From Takakia lepidozioides (Eukaryota > Plantae > Bryophyta), in the NCBI GenBank assembly GCA_030704615.1, contig CM060732.1:1736001-1800000 (forward strand): a stretch of 64,000 nt of DNA, in the 5' to 3' direction. The notes under the pieces are model-generated. The model was not told where the DNA came from. It saw only the letters and a program-made list of their open reading frames with translations, and did not search any database. The translations under genes and the position numbers were made by a program. Shown in pieces: positions 63,521 through 64,000 of this stretch (the stretch's first letter is position 1; every line of letters begins with the position of its first letter).

Positions 63521-64000
63521 GTCGCGGCCCTTTGCCTTGAGGGCGAGGGGTCGGGACACAAGAGGGGCTGCCCTTGTGGTGGGGGCAGCGGCAACAAATA
63601 GGGATAGGGGCTGAAGTACCCTTGAGTGCCGAAGGCACTCAAGGAGGTGGAGGCGCTCACTAGGTGGAGCCTCGCCAACCGGGTTGCGGTGGGGGGGCTC
63701 CGTGTGGGGTGGTGGTAGTGTAGGGAGTCGTAGTGGGGGTGGTATAGGACTCACCATGAGGCTGAGGCATTGTGGTGGAGTCGTGGGGAGTCTTGGGACT
63801 CACCACGGTCCATTGGGGCCGTGGTGGGTGGGCCAAGACTCACCGCAGGTTTATGACAAGGAGTCAAGGGTCGAGGTGGTAGTTCACCAGATTTGAACTT
63901 GGCTGTTTGTGGAACCCTCGCGGACACTTACAGAAGTATATATAGGGAGTAGTAACCCTGATAACGGTGCAAGCCCGTTGGTGAACAAAAGCTAGTGAGT
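63520..64000 (+). mobile_element. Second copy of the 41779 LTR family, running off the window edge
   Basis: TGTCGCGGCCCTTTGCCTT start and colinear similarity to 41779-42040, with an extra 222 bp. Confidence 0.9.

Noticed and set aside
41779-64000. The two homologous LTRs as the ends of one 22-kb element
   Set aside because: The second copy has no polypurine tract before it, differs by 222 bp plus substitutions, and the interval holds unrelated elements. Independent insertions are more likely.

Overview
Eukaryotic, almost certainly non-seed land-plant DNA. The evidence is spliceosomal introns, PLS-class PPR fragments and a Tcn1-like chromovirus; the species cannot be named from the sequence. 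One intact housekeeping gene, NRPB2 (RNA polymerase II second-largest subunit, - strand, 29790-40582, 25 coding exons, 1186 aa by my manual splice), sits between two fields of decayed transposons. Left side: a putative multi-exon coiled-coil gene, two Ty3/gypsy remnants, a ~470-bp tandem repeat, a piggyBac-like fragment, a PPR fragment, a Ty1/copia with its RT block placed before gag, and a SWIM-finger remnant. Right side: an LTR with a tRNA-iMet PBS, a CACTA transposase, a PPR-E pseudogene, two head-to-head LINE fragments, a TnpA-like ORF, a chromovirus, a CACTA terminus and a palindrome cluster. The standout is the gypsy element at ~10.8-17.2 kb (-). Its Pol carries a DNMT3-like C5 cytosine methyltransferase between protease and RT, in frame with both, with motifs I, IV (PCQ), VI (ENV), VIII, IX and X readable. 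It also has a PHD finger at the integrase C-terminus. This copy is pseudogenised. All calls are from reading the sequence by eye; no searches were run.
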